Below, piece by piece: positions 1 through 8,380 of a stretch of DNA of 64,000 bases. Origin of the DNA: an uncultured delta proteobacterium (GTDB lineage: Bacteria > Desulfobacterota > Desulfobacteria > Desulfobacterales > JAHEIW01); NCBI GenBank assembly GCA_963706575.1, contig CAVPNL010000015.1:160001-224000 (forward strand). The letters run 5' to 3'. Position 1 is the first letter of the stretch, and each line of letters opens with the position of its first letter. Under the pieces are notes generated by a model. The model made no database searches. It saw only the letters and a program-made list of their open reading frames with translations, and was not told where the DNA came from. The position numbers and the translations under genes are program-made.

Positions 1-1
1 A

Positions 2-226
2 CCGATCAAGGATTTCATTCGGGCGCCTTTTTGTGAAGAATGTGACGGCGCCGGCTCGATGAGCGCTGCCGAAGCAGTTGATGCGGCCCGCCGCCTGGAA
101 GACCGCGCGGTTCGTTACTACACCGAAGCTGCAGTAAAAATCAAAGCCCAGCCTGAGGTGGCGCGCGCCTTGAAGACCGTCGGGAAAAAGCATATTGCCC
201 ATCTCAATAAGCTCAAGGAAATGTAA
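2..226 (+). CDS. 3' end of a ferritin-like/rubrerythrin-like protein (partial, starts upstream of the window)
   Basis: Frame 2 reads PIKDFIRAPFCEEC...AVDAARRLEDRAVRYYTEAAVKIKAQPEVARALKTVGKKHIAHLNKLKEM*; helical A..LE..A..YY pattern. Confidence 0.55.
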   Translation, partial: PIKDFIRAPFCEECDGAGSMSAAEAVDAARRLEDRAVRYYTEAAVKIKAQPEVARALKTVGKKHIAHLNKLKEM

Positions 227-365
227 GTAAAGCGGATGAACCATTCAGCCTGATTCGTAAAACCACCTGACAGGCTTTGCTAAAAGGGCGCTCAGGCAGA
301 TTGAACCGCCTTTCTTTTGGGAGGCGATATACAGGCAAACCCATATCAAAAAAGGAGCAGGCAAA

Positions 366-1745
366 ATGAGTGAAGCGGTCGAAAAAATCAAAGCGTTGAC
401 GGATCACACCTACGGCACCTGGAATCGCCAGTCGGGCTGGAAAACGCCCATGCTGGTTACCGATGCCGAAGGGATTTATTTTTACAACGCGGATGGAAAG
501 CCGTTCATCGATTTTTCTTCACAATTGATGTGCTCGAACCTGGGGCACAAGAACAAGGCCATTATCGAGGCGATTGTCAAGCAGGCTGAAAAACTGCCCT
601 ATGCCGCTCCGGGATTTGTCACCGAGGCTTCCATCGCCGCGGTGGAAGCGCTTAAAACGGTGGTGCCGGAGCCGATCAACCAGTTCTTTTTCTCAACCAG
701 CGGGACAGAAGCCAACGACGGCGCCCTGATAATGACGCGTCAAAGCAAGGCACCGGCCTATAAAATCATATCCCGCTACCACTCCTACCACGGGGCCACC
801 TCCGGCGGGCTGTCATTTACAGGCGACCCGCGCCGCTGGCCGGCCGAGCAGGCACGCTATACGGTGCAGGGCGTTCGGTTTGCACCGGATAATTATTGCT
901 ATCGGTGCCCGTTCAAAATGGACTATCCGCAATGCGACATCCAGTGTGCCCGCTACCTGGATTATATGATCAAGGAAGAGGGCAATGTGGCCGCATTTAT
1001 TGTTGAGCCGGTTGTCGGAACTAACGGCCGCATCGTGCCGCCGCCGGAGTATTTTCCGATTGTTCGCCAGATATGCGATGAAAACGATGTGCTGCTGATT
1101 GCAGATGAAGTGATGTCCGGCTGGTTCCGGACCGGTACGGCTTTTGCCATGCAGAACTGGAAGGTTGCTCCAGACATCATGACAACCGCCAAAGGCGCCA
1201 GCAATGCATACACCCCGGTGGCGATCACCATGACCACCGAAAAAGTCAAAAGCCATTTCGAAGATGAGTTTTTCTGCCACGGCCACACCTATGCCTATCA
1301 CGCACTGGCAGCTTCGGCGATTCCCGCAGCCGTCGCAGAATATGACAAATTATTCAAATCCGGCTTGCCCCAGAAAACCGCACAGCATCTGCAGAAAAAG
1401 CTTTATGAAATGGGCGATAAGCACATCTGCGTCGGTGACGTCCGCGGTATCGGGCATTTCTGGGCGTTGGAAATCGTTAAAAACCGCGAAACCAAAGAGC
1501 CCTTTGACTACAAGGCCGACAAATTGAGCGGCAAAGCGCTGATGACCGGGCAGATTGCCGGAGATGCCATGAAACAGGGTTTGTATATGGCCCCCTGGTA
1601 TGACACCCTGGTGATTGCGCCGCCGCTGATCATCACCGAAGATCAGATCGATGAAGCTGTGGATATTCTCGATAAAGCGTTAAAAATCGGCGATGAACAG
1701 GCAGTTGAAACCGATGTGGCGGCTTCACATAGCTCTGCATATTAA
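366..1745 (+). CDS. class III PLP-dependent aminotransferase
   Basis: DFSSQL, SGTEAN, YHG, LLIADEVMSGWFRTG, PDIMTTAKG (PLP lysine), GHTY; RBS AAGGAG. Confidence 0.93.
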   Translation: MSEAVEKIKALTDHTYGTWNRQSGWKTPMLVTDAEGIYFYNADGKPFIDFSSQLMCSNLGHKNKAIIEAIVKQAEKLPYAAPGFVTEASIAAVEALKTVVPEPINQFFFSTSGTEANDGALIMTRQSKAPAYKIISRYHSYHGATSGGLSFTGDPRRWPAEQARYTVQGVRFAPDNYCYRCPFKMDYPQCDIQCARYLDYMIKEEGNVAAFIVEPVVGTNGRIVPPPEYFPIVRQICDENDVLLIADEVMSGWFRTGTAFAMQNWKVAPDIMTTAKGASNAYTPVAITMTTEKVKSHFEDEFFCHGHTYAYHALAASAIPAAVAEYDKLFKSGLPQKTAQHLQKKLYEMGDKHICVGDVRGIGHFWALEIVKNRETKEPFDYKADKLSGKALMTGQIAGDAMKQGLYMAPWYDTLVIAPPLIITEDQIDEAVDILDKALKIGDEQAVETDVAASHSSAY

Positions 1746-1786
1746 TAATTGACTTTTTTAGCTGAATTTTCCTAAATATGATATAC

Positions 1787-1824
1787 AAAAATAAGCCGGA
1801 AGCTGGTTCCCGGCTTATTTTTTT
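1787..1824 (+). terminator. intrinsic terminator, possibly bidirectional
   Basis: AAAAATAAGCCGG...CCGGCTTATTTTT hairpin with A and T tails. Confidence 0.75.
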
Positions 1825-1910
1825 ATATTCAAGATTTGGGGCCAAAATGCCGATGATACAATGGGCACAATTTTCAATGAATTTGAGTATTTGTTAATAA
1901 TCCTTTCAAT

Positions 1911-1939
1911 TTGACACTTTATAGACAGCTTTTTATAAT
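1911..1939 (+). promoter_or_regulatory. sigma70 promoter of the mglA-like gene
   Basis: exact TTGACA-N17-TATAAT. Confidence 0.8.
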
Positions 1940-1948
1940 TATTTGATA

Positions 1949-2557
1949 ATGGCTATTATTAATTTGAAAAAACGGGAGGTTGAGTGCAAGATCGTGTATT
2001 ACGGTCCGGGTAGGGGCGGTAAAACATCAAATTTGCAATATATTTTTCAAAAAAGCCGCAAATTAATGACCGATGAAATGGTTTCGATTAAAACCAAAGG
2101 GGACCTGACGCTCTTTTTTGATTTCGTGCCCATGGGTGTAGGAAAAATTAAGGGCTGCGATGTACGGATTCAGCTGTATACGGTGCCGGGCCAGGTAAAG
2201 TACAGCTCTACCCGCAAACTGGTCCTAAAAGGTGCCGACGGCCTGGTATTTGTTGCCGATTCCCTTGAAGTCCGCCATGAAAAAAACCTTCTTTCCCTAA
2301 AAGACCTCGCCTTAAATCTTAAGAGTTACGGCCTGAATATCATGGAAATACCGCTTGTGCTTCAGTACAATAAGCGCGACCTCGCCGCTGAAGGAGTACC
2401 GCTGATGCCGGTCGAAGCAATGGAAAAGGCCTATAATCACCAGCTTAAAGTACCATCCTTTGCCGCCAGCGCCATTACCGGGCAAAATGTGAATGCAACG
2501 TTGAAGGAGTGTCTGGTGCGGACGCTGCGGTCCCTAAAAAAAGAAGCTGGCTGGTAA
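1949..2557 (+). CDS. mglA: MglA-family small Ras-like GTPase (no mglB neighbour)
   Basis: KIVYYGPGRGGKTSN, TLFFDF, LYTVPGQV, QYNKRD, ASA motifs; ATG 1949 preferred over TTG 1943. Confidence 0.85.
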   Translation: MAIINLKKREVECKIVYYGPGRGGKTSNLQYIFQKSRKLMTDEMVSIKTKGDLTLFFDFVPMGVGKIKGCDVRIQLYTVPGQVKYSSTRKLVLKGADGLVFVADSLEVRHEKNLLSLKDLALNLKSYGLNIMEIPLVLQYNKRDLAAEGVPLMPVEAMEKAYNHQLKVPSFAASAITGQNVNATLKECLVRTLRSLKKEAGW

Positions 2558-2702
2558 AACTTGACCCTAAATGCCCATCTTTCGCCCGATGGCGGTGTTC
2601 CGATCCACTTCAAAATACTCACGTACTCACGTGTACGCTCCGTTGTTTGAACCGAATCGCGCCTAACCATCGGACAAAATCTGGTCATTTATGATCAAGT
2701 TT
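2557..2702. repeat. ~145-bp imperfect palindrome (MITE/REP-like)
   Basis: AAACTTGACCCTAAATGCCCA...CCGATGG pairs with CCATCGG...TGGTCATTTATGATCAAGTTT; central CACGTAC-TCACGT-GTACGC hairpin. Confidence 0.65.
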
Positions 2703-2779
2703 ATCTTTTTTCTGAAAGAAGAAAATCGGCAGATTGGAGTTGTGAGGGTTTGAAGCCTTGATTGCTTTGGTTGATTCAC

Positions 2780-3826
2780 TTATGAGTCTTTAAATTCACG
2801 GCGGAAGACCTTGCCGGATCCCATCATGACGCTGATCGGATGCAATGTTTGAATATTTTCACAAACGATTTTAACTGCCGCCGCGATCGGGATTGAAAGC
2901 AGCGCCCCGACAATACCCCACAACCAACCCCAGAATAGAAGAGATAGCAAAACCACTACCGGGCTTAAGTTCAACTGATCCCCCAGGATCTTGGGCGCCA
3001 AGGCGTTTCCCATGCCCATCTGAATGGTGGCCACCGATAAAAGGGTGATCGCAGCAGGCCAAAAAGAGGGATAGAATTGAACCAGCGCAAGCAAAACAGG
3101 AGGTATAGAAGCGACTATCGAACCGACCGTTGGAATAAAATTAAGGAAAAACGCCAGCGCTCCCCAGGTCACAGCAAAATCCACCCCGATAAATTCCAGC
3201 GCCAGCCATACCAGAACGCCGGTAGTAAAGCTGATCAAAAACTGCAGTGAAAGATAGCGCCGGATCTGTCCGGTAATTGAAAAGGTAATACGGGCAATCT
3301 GGTCGGCATCTTCGGATGAAAAAGATTTAAGAATTTTATAACGGAAAAAGGGTTTGCCCAGTAAGATGAAGAAAAGGAATATGATTACCAGAACCAGCTG
3401 GGAGACAAAGGCGAAAATGGACCGCGAAAAGGATGCCAGAAAGCGCCCGATGTTCTGCCCCCAGTTGATGCCTGCGAGGGGATCAAACTCCAGATTCCAT
3501 TTGCTGGTTACCAGAGTAATCAGATCCGTGAATCGCGCATGGTATCTCGGATAGGCTTCGACAAACGCCGCAAACCGGGCATACAAAAATGTGCCGGATA
3601 AATAAAAAATACCGAGCAAAACAACGATGATGATTAAAACGGCCAGCGTTGTCGGTATTTTGCGGGCAGTCATGAAATTGATCGCCGGACCGATAAGAAA
3701 GGACAGCAGCCAGGCAATGATTAGAGGAAGAATGACCGATTGGGCGGTTTTTAACACAGCCCCTACAGCAACCATCACCAGGATGCCCAGAAAGATAAAC
3801 GTAATCTTGCCTCTATCAAATTCCAT
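2780..3826 (-). CDS. AI-2E family transporter
   Basis: 348-aa multi-pass membrane protein, LNFIPTVGS, LSPVVVLLSLLFWGWLWGIVGALLSIP. Confidence 0.9.
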   Translation of the reverse strand: MEFDRGKITFIFLGILVMVAVGAVLKTAQSVILPLIIAWLLSFLIGPAINFMTARKIPTTLAVLIIIVVLLGIFYLSGTFLYARFAAFVEAYPRYHARFTDLITLVTSKWNLEFDPLAGINWGQNIGRFLASFSRSIFAFVSQLVLVIIFLFFILLGKPFFRYKILKSFSSEDADQIARITFSITGQIRRYLSLQFLISFTTGVLVWLALEFIGVDFAVTWGALAFFLNFIPTVGSIVASIPPVLLALVQFYPSFWPAAITLLSVATIQMGMGNALAPKILGDQLNLSPVVVLLSLLFWGWLWGIVGALLSIPIAAAVKIVCENIQTLHPISVMMGSGKVFRREFKDS

Positions 3827-3982
3827 CGTAAACTTTATATCAATTCAACCGGCGGATTAATTTCAGCCCACATTATCTTAAGCCTGCCCATTGGGTCAAC
3901 TGCAAAGTGGCAGGCTTTTTCTCAAATTAAATTTAGAACCTATCTCAAAATTTCACTATAGAATCATATACCCTAATTCAAC

Positions 3983-4138
3983 GAGTGACTAAAGTGAACT
4001 AAAGTTGGGAGTGACTAAAGTTTAGGTGTCGCTTCGCTCCGCCATTTATAAAAATAGATCGTTCGACCCAGAGGCTCTCGACGGGCAGAAAGCCTTAACT
4101 CTAGTCATTTTAGCTCACTTTAGTCACTTTAGGCACTT
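3983..4138. repeat. inverted tandem-repeat module (AGTGACTAA/TTAGTCACT type)
   Basis: 9-mer tandem copies on the left arm, reverse complements on the right; related to 59018-59136. Confidence 0.75.
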
Positions 4139-4142
4139 TGTT

Positions 4143-4889
4143 TTAGAACTTTTTGGCGGCCTCCTTTAAAAGCTCCCGCACCGCCGGATTGAACCAGCAG
4201 TCCAGAAACCTATCGGCATCCGCGCTGCCCATTTCTTCAAATCTGGATCTTACCGCCTCAATGCGGTTATTTTTAACTACCCTAATTCCGTATGGCGGCA
4301 AGGCGGCCAATTCCGCAATTTTAGCGACAGCCTTTTCTTCCAGATCTTCCGAATCAAAGACATCATCAACCAGACCGATTCCTTTCGCCTCTTCGGGCTC
4401 AACAAATTTCCCGCTAAACATCATATCAGTAGCGCATCGATCGCCTATGATTTGCCTCAACATTAGATCGGCTATATAGGGGACGGGCACGCCAATTTTG
4501 ACTTCGTTAAAACCGATGAATCTGCGGCCTGAGGATACGAAGCGGAAGTCGGAAGTCAGGGCAAAAATGGCGCCACCGGCAGTGGCATGGCCATTAATGG
4601 CGCAGGCGGTGGGCACCGGCAGGGTATAAAGATCGAAAATCGCCTGTTCAAACCGGACATAGAATTCGGTCATATCCGGTTGGTCTAATTCGAGCAGCGC
4701 CGGCAAATCCAGGCCGATGCAGAAAAACTTTTCCCCACCGGCCAAAACCATTCCGTTATATTCGCTCTTTATAATGTTTAGTGCTCCTACTAAATCATCC
4801 GCCAATTCAGGACTGATAGCGTTGGTAACACCATTGTTTAATCGCAAAACGGCTACGGCATCATGTGCCTCGAGATTTACTTTAGACAT
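4143..4889 (-). CDS. enoyl-CoA hydratase/isomerase family protein
   Basis: FCIGLDL, CAINGHATAGGA, FNEVKIG crotonase motifs. Confidence 0.9.
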   Translation of the reverse strand: MSKVNLEAHDAVAVLRLNNGVTNAISPELADDLVGALNIIKSEYNGMVLAGGEKFFCIGLDLPALLELDQPDMTEFYVRFEQAIFDLYTLPVPTACAINGHATAGGAIFALTSDFRFVSSGRRFIGFNEVKIGVPVPYIADLMLRQIIGDRCATDMMFSGKFVEPEEAKGIGLVDDVFDSEDLEEKAVAKIAELAALPPYGIRVVKNNRIEAVRSRFEEMGSADADRFLDCWFNPAVRELLKEAAKKF

Positions 4890-4940
4890 GGTTCCTCCTT
4901 AAATTATCTAACCAGCAGGGGATGGTAATGAACTGTAAAA

Positions 4941-5252
4941 CTAGTTTTGTTTTATGGATACGTCCAATATCTTGACCGGCTTATCGGAAGTTTTCCAGCC
5001 ATGCTTTATACCCGCAGGAGCAAAATAGGTTTCATTTTCTGCCAATATCTTATGCTCATCTCCGATAAACATTTCAATCTGACCCTGCACAACAATTCCG
5101 CATTGTTCAAAAGGATGCGCATGGCCGGAATCTTCCTGATGAGCCTCAATTTCCATACAGGCCATTATCAGCCCGTCGCCGATTTCGGCTTTGCTGAATA
5201 TTCCGGGCCGAAATGCTTCCAGTTTCAAATTCTTCAAATTCCAAAATGACAC
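4941..5252 (-). CDS. cupin domain protein
   Basis: HAHPFEQ...PAGIKHG cupin metal-binding motif. Confidence 0.85.
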   Translation of the reverse strand: MSFWNLKNLKLEAFRPGIFSKAEIGDGLIMACMEIEAHQEDSGHAHPFEQCGIVVQGQIEMFIGDEHKILAENETYFAPAGIKHGWKTSDKPVKILDVSIKQN

Positions 5253-5290
5253 TTTTCCCCCCTATCCGAATAAACCTGGAAAAATTTTAA

Positions 5291-5677
5291 TTATGCGACG
5301 ATCTTTTTGATCTCCTCTAAAATTCCTGAAAGGCCAAGGCCTGCTTTTTCCGCGACCACTAAATCCGCACCGGGAAATACGCGCTCGATGTTCACTTCCA
5401 CGATTTTGGCACCTTTCTGCTGAGCCAATACAGGCAGAGAAGCTGCCGGTTGAACCACCGCCGAGGTGCCGATGACCAGCATCAGTTTGCAGGTTGCCGA
5501 TTCATGATAGGCGGTTTCTAAAGCGCCTTCCGGCATAGGATCATATTTCTCCCACAAACCGCCTTTGGAGCGAAACGTCGGAATGCCGCTTTCAGCTGAA
5601 ATCCCGGCACCGGTTAAGGCCACACATGGCTTCAGTTTCACCATTAAATTGGCAATCTCTTGGTAAATGGCATTCAT
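5291..5677 (-). pseudogene. Sir2/CobB NAD-dependent deacylase with a large in-frame internal deletion
   Basis: [15 protein letters not shown]...GLW joined directly to the [14 protein letters not shown] region; QNxD, catalytic HG and Zn-binding Cys pairs absent. Confidence 0.75.
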
Positions 5678-5773
5678 AAAGAACAAGCACCCAATGCAAT
5701 TTTGTTTTCATCATCGCGCGCCGGAAATAGCTCACTGGATTTTTCAATCAGGGTGAGGCCGGTAATCTTAATC

Positions 5774-6097
5774 CTAAACCACCAGCGCCGCCATGTCTCT
5801 TCCAAATAGGCCGATCCGGTCCCCCGATTTGACCGCGACTTCCAGATTCCAATCAAGCGGGTCTTCGTTAACCTGCTGATACCTCATCCAATATGCCATT
5901 TTACTGCGGGAAGCGAGCAGCTTGGAGTTGAGAAATATCGTATAAATTTCATCAAGCGAGATTCCGATCCGAGCCAAAAGTTGCTGCAGTGTTTCTTCTG
6001 GCTGAGGAGCAATCCGCATTAGATTGTCATGACCCGCTTCGGGTTCTTTGACAAAATGGCGAAGCTTACCATACAGACGAATATCAACCATTTCCAT
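5774..6097 (-). CDS. MoaD/ThiS-like (ubiquitin-fold) protein without C-terminal Gly-Gly
   Basis: IRLYGKLR...TLQQLLARIGI...IFLN...VKSGDRIGLF; ATG 6097, because the longer ORF call overlaps the OsmC gene. Confidence 0.6.
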   Translation of the reverse strand: MEMVDIRLYGKLRHFVKEPEAGHDNLMRIAPQPEETLQQLLARIGISLDEIYTIFLNSKLLASRSKMAYWMRYQQVNEDPLDWNLEVAVKSGDRIGLFGRDMAALVV

Positions 6098-6180
6098 TGT
6101 CTTTCTATCGGTCCAAGCAAATAATACTCGATCTCCAGTAGCTGCTGTCCGGCACAGAAGCCAGCTGCCAGAAGCCAGGA

Positions 6181-6654
6181 TTAGACATCTTCCATCTTTA
6201 GTTCGGTCGTAATATCGATACTGCCCTTGATCGACCGGGCAACCGGGCAAAAATCAGCGTGGAATCCATGGACTTTTTGAGCGGTTTCCTGCTGATCCGA
6301 TTTTAATTTTAGATGATAGGTTACATGAATCCGGCGGATGACCAGCACCTTGCCGTCTTTTTCAATCTCTCCCCTTGCCTCTGAAATCAGTCGGCCCTCA
6401 CCGGCCGGAATTTCGCGCGCTTCCAGCGCGCCACCAAAGGTGCCGGTCAGTCAGCCGGCCGCGGCGGCGACAACATAATCCAGCGTGGTGGCATGGGGTT
6501 CGTGGACCTGAGGGTCAACGCCGTAGTGCTCGGCGATCTCGGAATGAACGCCAAACAGCACCGGTTCATCTTCCTGGGGTAAATAAGCCCGACGCAAAGG
6601 GCCTTTGACCCGTTCAATTTTTACCTTGGATGTATAGACAACTTGATCGCTCAT
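6181..6654 (-). CDS. OsmC-family peroxiredoxin-like protein with in-frame UGA (probable selenocysteine, codon 68)
   Basis: RBS AAAGGAGG; reading through TGA at 6451-6453 gives 157 aa: ...DYVVAAAAG-U-LTGTFGGALEAREI...VIRRIHVTYHL...HADFCPVARSIKGSIDITTEL*. Confidence 0.85.
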
Positions 6655-6676
6655 AGGGCCTCCTTTATGATTTTTT

Positions 6677-6793
6677 TGCCACGAAAGCACGAAAGAACAG
6701 AAACACGAAAAAAATAAACCCCACGCAAAGACGCTAAGACGCCAAATTTTTTAAAATATATTTTCTTTGCGATCTTTGCGACTTTGCGTGCGA
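6677..6793. repeat. intergenic tandem/inverted repeat (CACGAAA and CGCAAAG/CTTTGCG types)
   Basis: CACGAAAG tandem, then ACGCAAAGACGCTAAG...CTTTGCGATCTTTGCGACTTTGCGT. Confidence 0.65.
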
Positions 6794-6798
6794 ATAAC

Positions 6799-8154
6799 CT
6801 ATCCACTATCTCCATTAAGCCGTTGGGCGATGGTGCGGGCAGCAAGAATGCCGGAGGCAGAAGCCTGGATCAATCCCCGGGTGATGCCGGCTCCATCACC
6901 TATGGCAAACAAATTCTTCACACCGGTTTCCAATTCCGGAGACAATTCAATGCGGTTGGAATAAAATTTTACTTCAACGCCGTATAGGAGCGTATGGCGC
7001 GAATATACGCCCGGTGCTATTTTTTCGAGTGCCTGAAGCATTTCAATGATGCTTTGAAGGTGTCGGTAAGGAAACACAAAACTTAAATCACCGGGGGTGG
7101 CCTCAGGAAGCGTTGGCCGTGTCAGACACCGATTGATGCGTTCAGGCGTGCTGCGCCGCCCGGCCAGCAGATCTCCCAGCCGCTGGACAATGGGCCCATT
7201 GCCCAAAAGATTTGCCAGCCTGGCAATGTACAATCCATAGCCAATGGGGTCGTCAAAGGGTTCCGTAAATGCGCTGCTGACCAAAATGGCGAAATTGGTA
7301 TTTTCACTTTTTTTCCTGGCATAGCTGTGGCCGTTGACTGTAACAACCTCCTTGGTTTTTTCAATGACGACCTCACCATAAGGGTTCATACAGAATGTGC
7401 GCACCTTTTCGTCGAATGTTTTAGAGTAATAAATCAGTTTCGATTCGTAGATAATATCGGTAATTTCCTTTAAGACCGCGGCCGGCAATTCCACCCGAAC
7501 GCCGATGTCCACCGGGCTGGCCTGGGTATTAAGCCCCAGGGATTCTGCTTCCTTTTTCATCCAGCCGGCTCCCGAGCGCCCCGGTGCGGCAACGACAAAT
7601 TGACTCGTAAGGGTCTCGCCGCTTTCCAATTTGACGCCCTGGATCCGGCCGTTTTCAGCCAGAAGACTTTCAACCGGACAGCTGGTGCGGGTTTCGACGC
7701 GATCCACCATCGATTGGCGCAATCGATCTAAGACCACCTGACAGTTCTCTGTTCCGATATGCCGGATGCGCGACGGGATTAAGTCCAAATTGGCCAGACG
7801 GGCCCGGTCGGCCAGATCTTCCAGTTTGGGTGATGGCTCGCCAAATACAACTTCAGGCGCACCGTGTTTTACCCAGATTTCATCTGAGGTTTGCAGGATC
7901 TGATTGAGCGAATCCGGCTCCAGGTACTCCCCCAGCAGCCCCCCGACCTCGGACGATAACGTCAATTTGCCGTCGCTATAGGCGCCGGCCCCTCCCCATC
8001 CGCAAAGCATATCATTCGAATTGCGGCGTTTGCGCTCACTGAGATCTTTGCCGAGTTCGAGCAGAAGAATCGGCTTAATCCCCTGATCGGCCAGGGTTAA
8101 GGCCGAAAAAATCCCGGCGGGGCCTGCCCCGACGATGATGACTTTGTAGTCCAT
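6799..8154 (-). CDS. FAD-dependent oxidoreductase (uncharacterised dehydrogenase family)
   Basis: IVGAGPAG, GWGGAGAYSDGKL, RTFCMNP, GDGAGITRGL. Confidence 0.85.
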   Translation of the reverse strand: MDYKVIIVGAGPAGIFSALTLADQGIKPILLLELGKDLSERKRRNSNDMLCGWGGAGAYSDGKLTLSSEVGGLLGEYLEPDSLNQILQTSDEIWVKHGAPEVVFGEPSPKLEDLADRARLANLDLIPSRIRHIGTENCQVVLDRLRQSMVDRVETRTSCPVESLLAENGRIQGVKLESGETLTSQFVVAAPGRSGAGWMKKEAESLGLNTQASPVDIGVRVELPAAVLKEITDIIYESKLIYYSKTFDEKVRTFCMNPYGEVVIEKTKEVVTVNGHSYARKKSENTNFAILVSSAFTEPFDDPIGYGLYIARLANLLGNGPIVQRLGDLLAGRRSTPERINRCLTRPTLPEATPGDLSFVFPYRHLQSIIEMLQALEKIAPGVYSRHTLLYGVEVKFYSNRIELSPELETGVKNLFAIGDGAGITRGLIQASASGILAARTIAQRLNGDSG

Positions 8155-8231
8155 GGACTCCTCCCAGTTAAAGTCGATTATATTTTAAATAAGGTTTCGG
8201 GTTCTGAAATTTCGCTTCTGACCACTGGCCC

Positions 8232-8380
8232 TTTGGTTTGTTCGATTCGTTAATTGGTCGAATTGTCAAATAGTTTAAAATGATTGAATCCACTGACAAG
8301 TTGACTATTCAACTAATCAACTATTTAACTATTTCCTCTAACCTTTGAACCTTGAACCTTGAACCTATGAACCTATGAAC
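8232..8380. repeat. intergenic tandem repeats (TTGGTT/AACTAA and TGAACCT types)
   Basis: complementary low-complexity arms followed by (TGAACC(T/TA))n. Confidence 0.6.

Noticed and set aside
6098..6250. N-terminal extension of ORF 5774..6250
   Set aside because: It overlaps the 3' half of the OsmC gene in another frame; ATG 6097 is the better start
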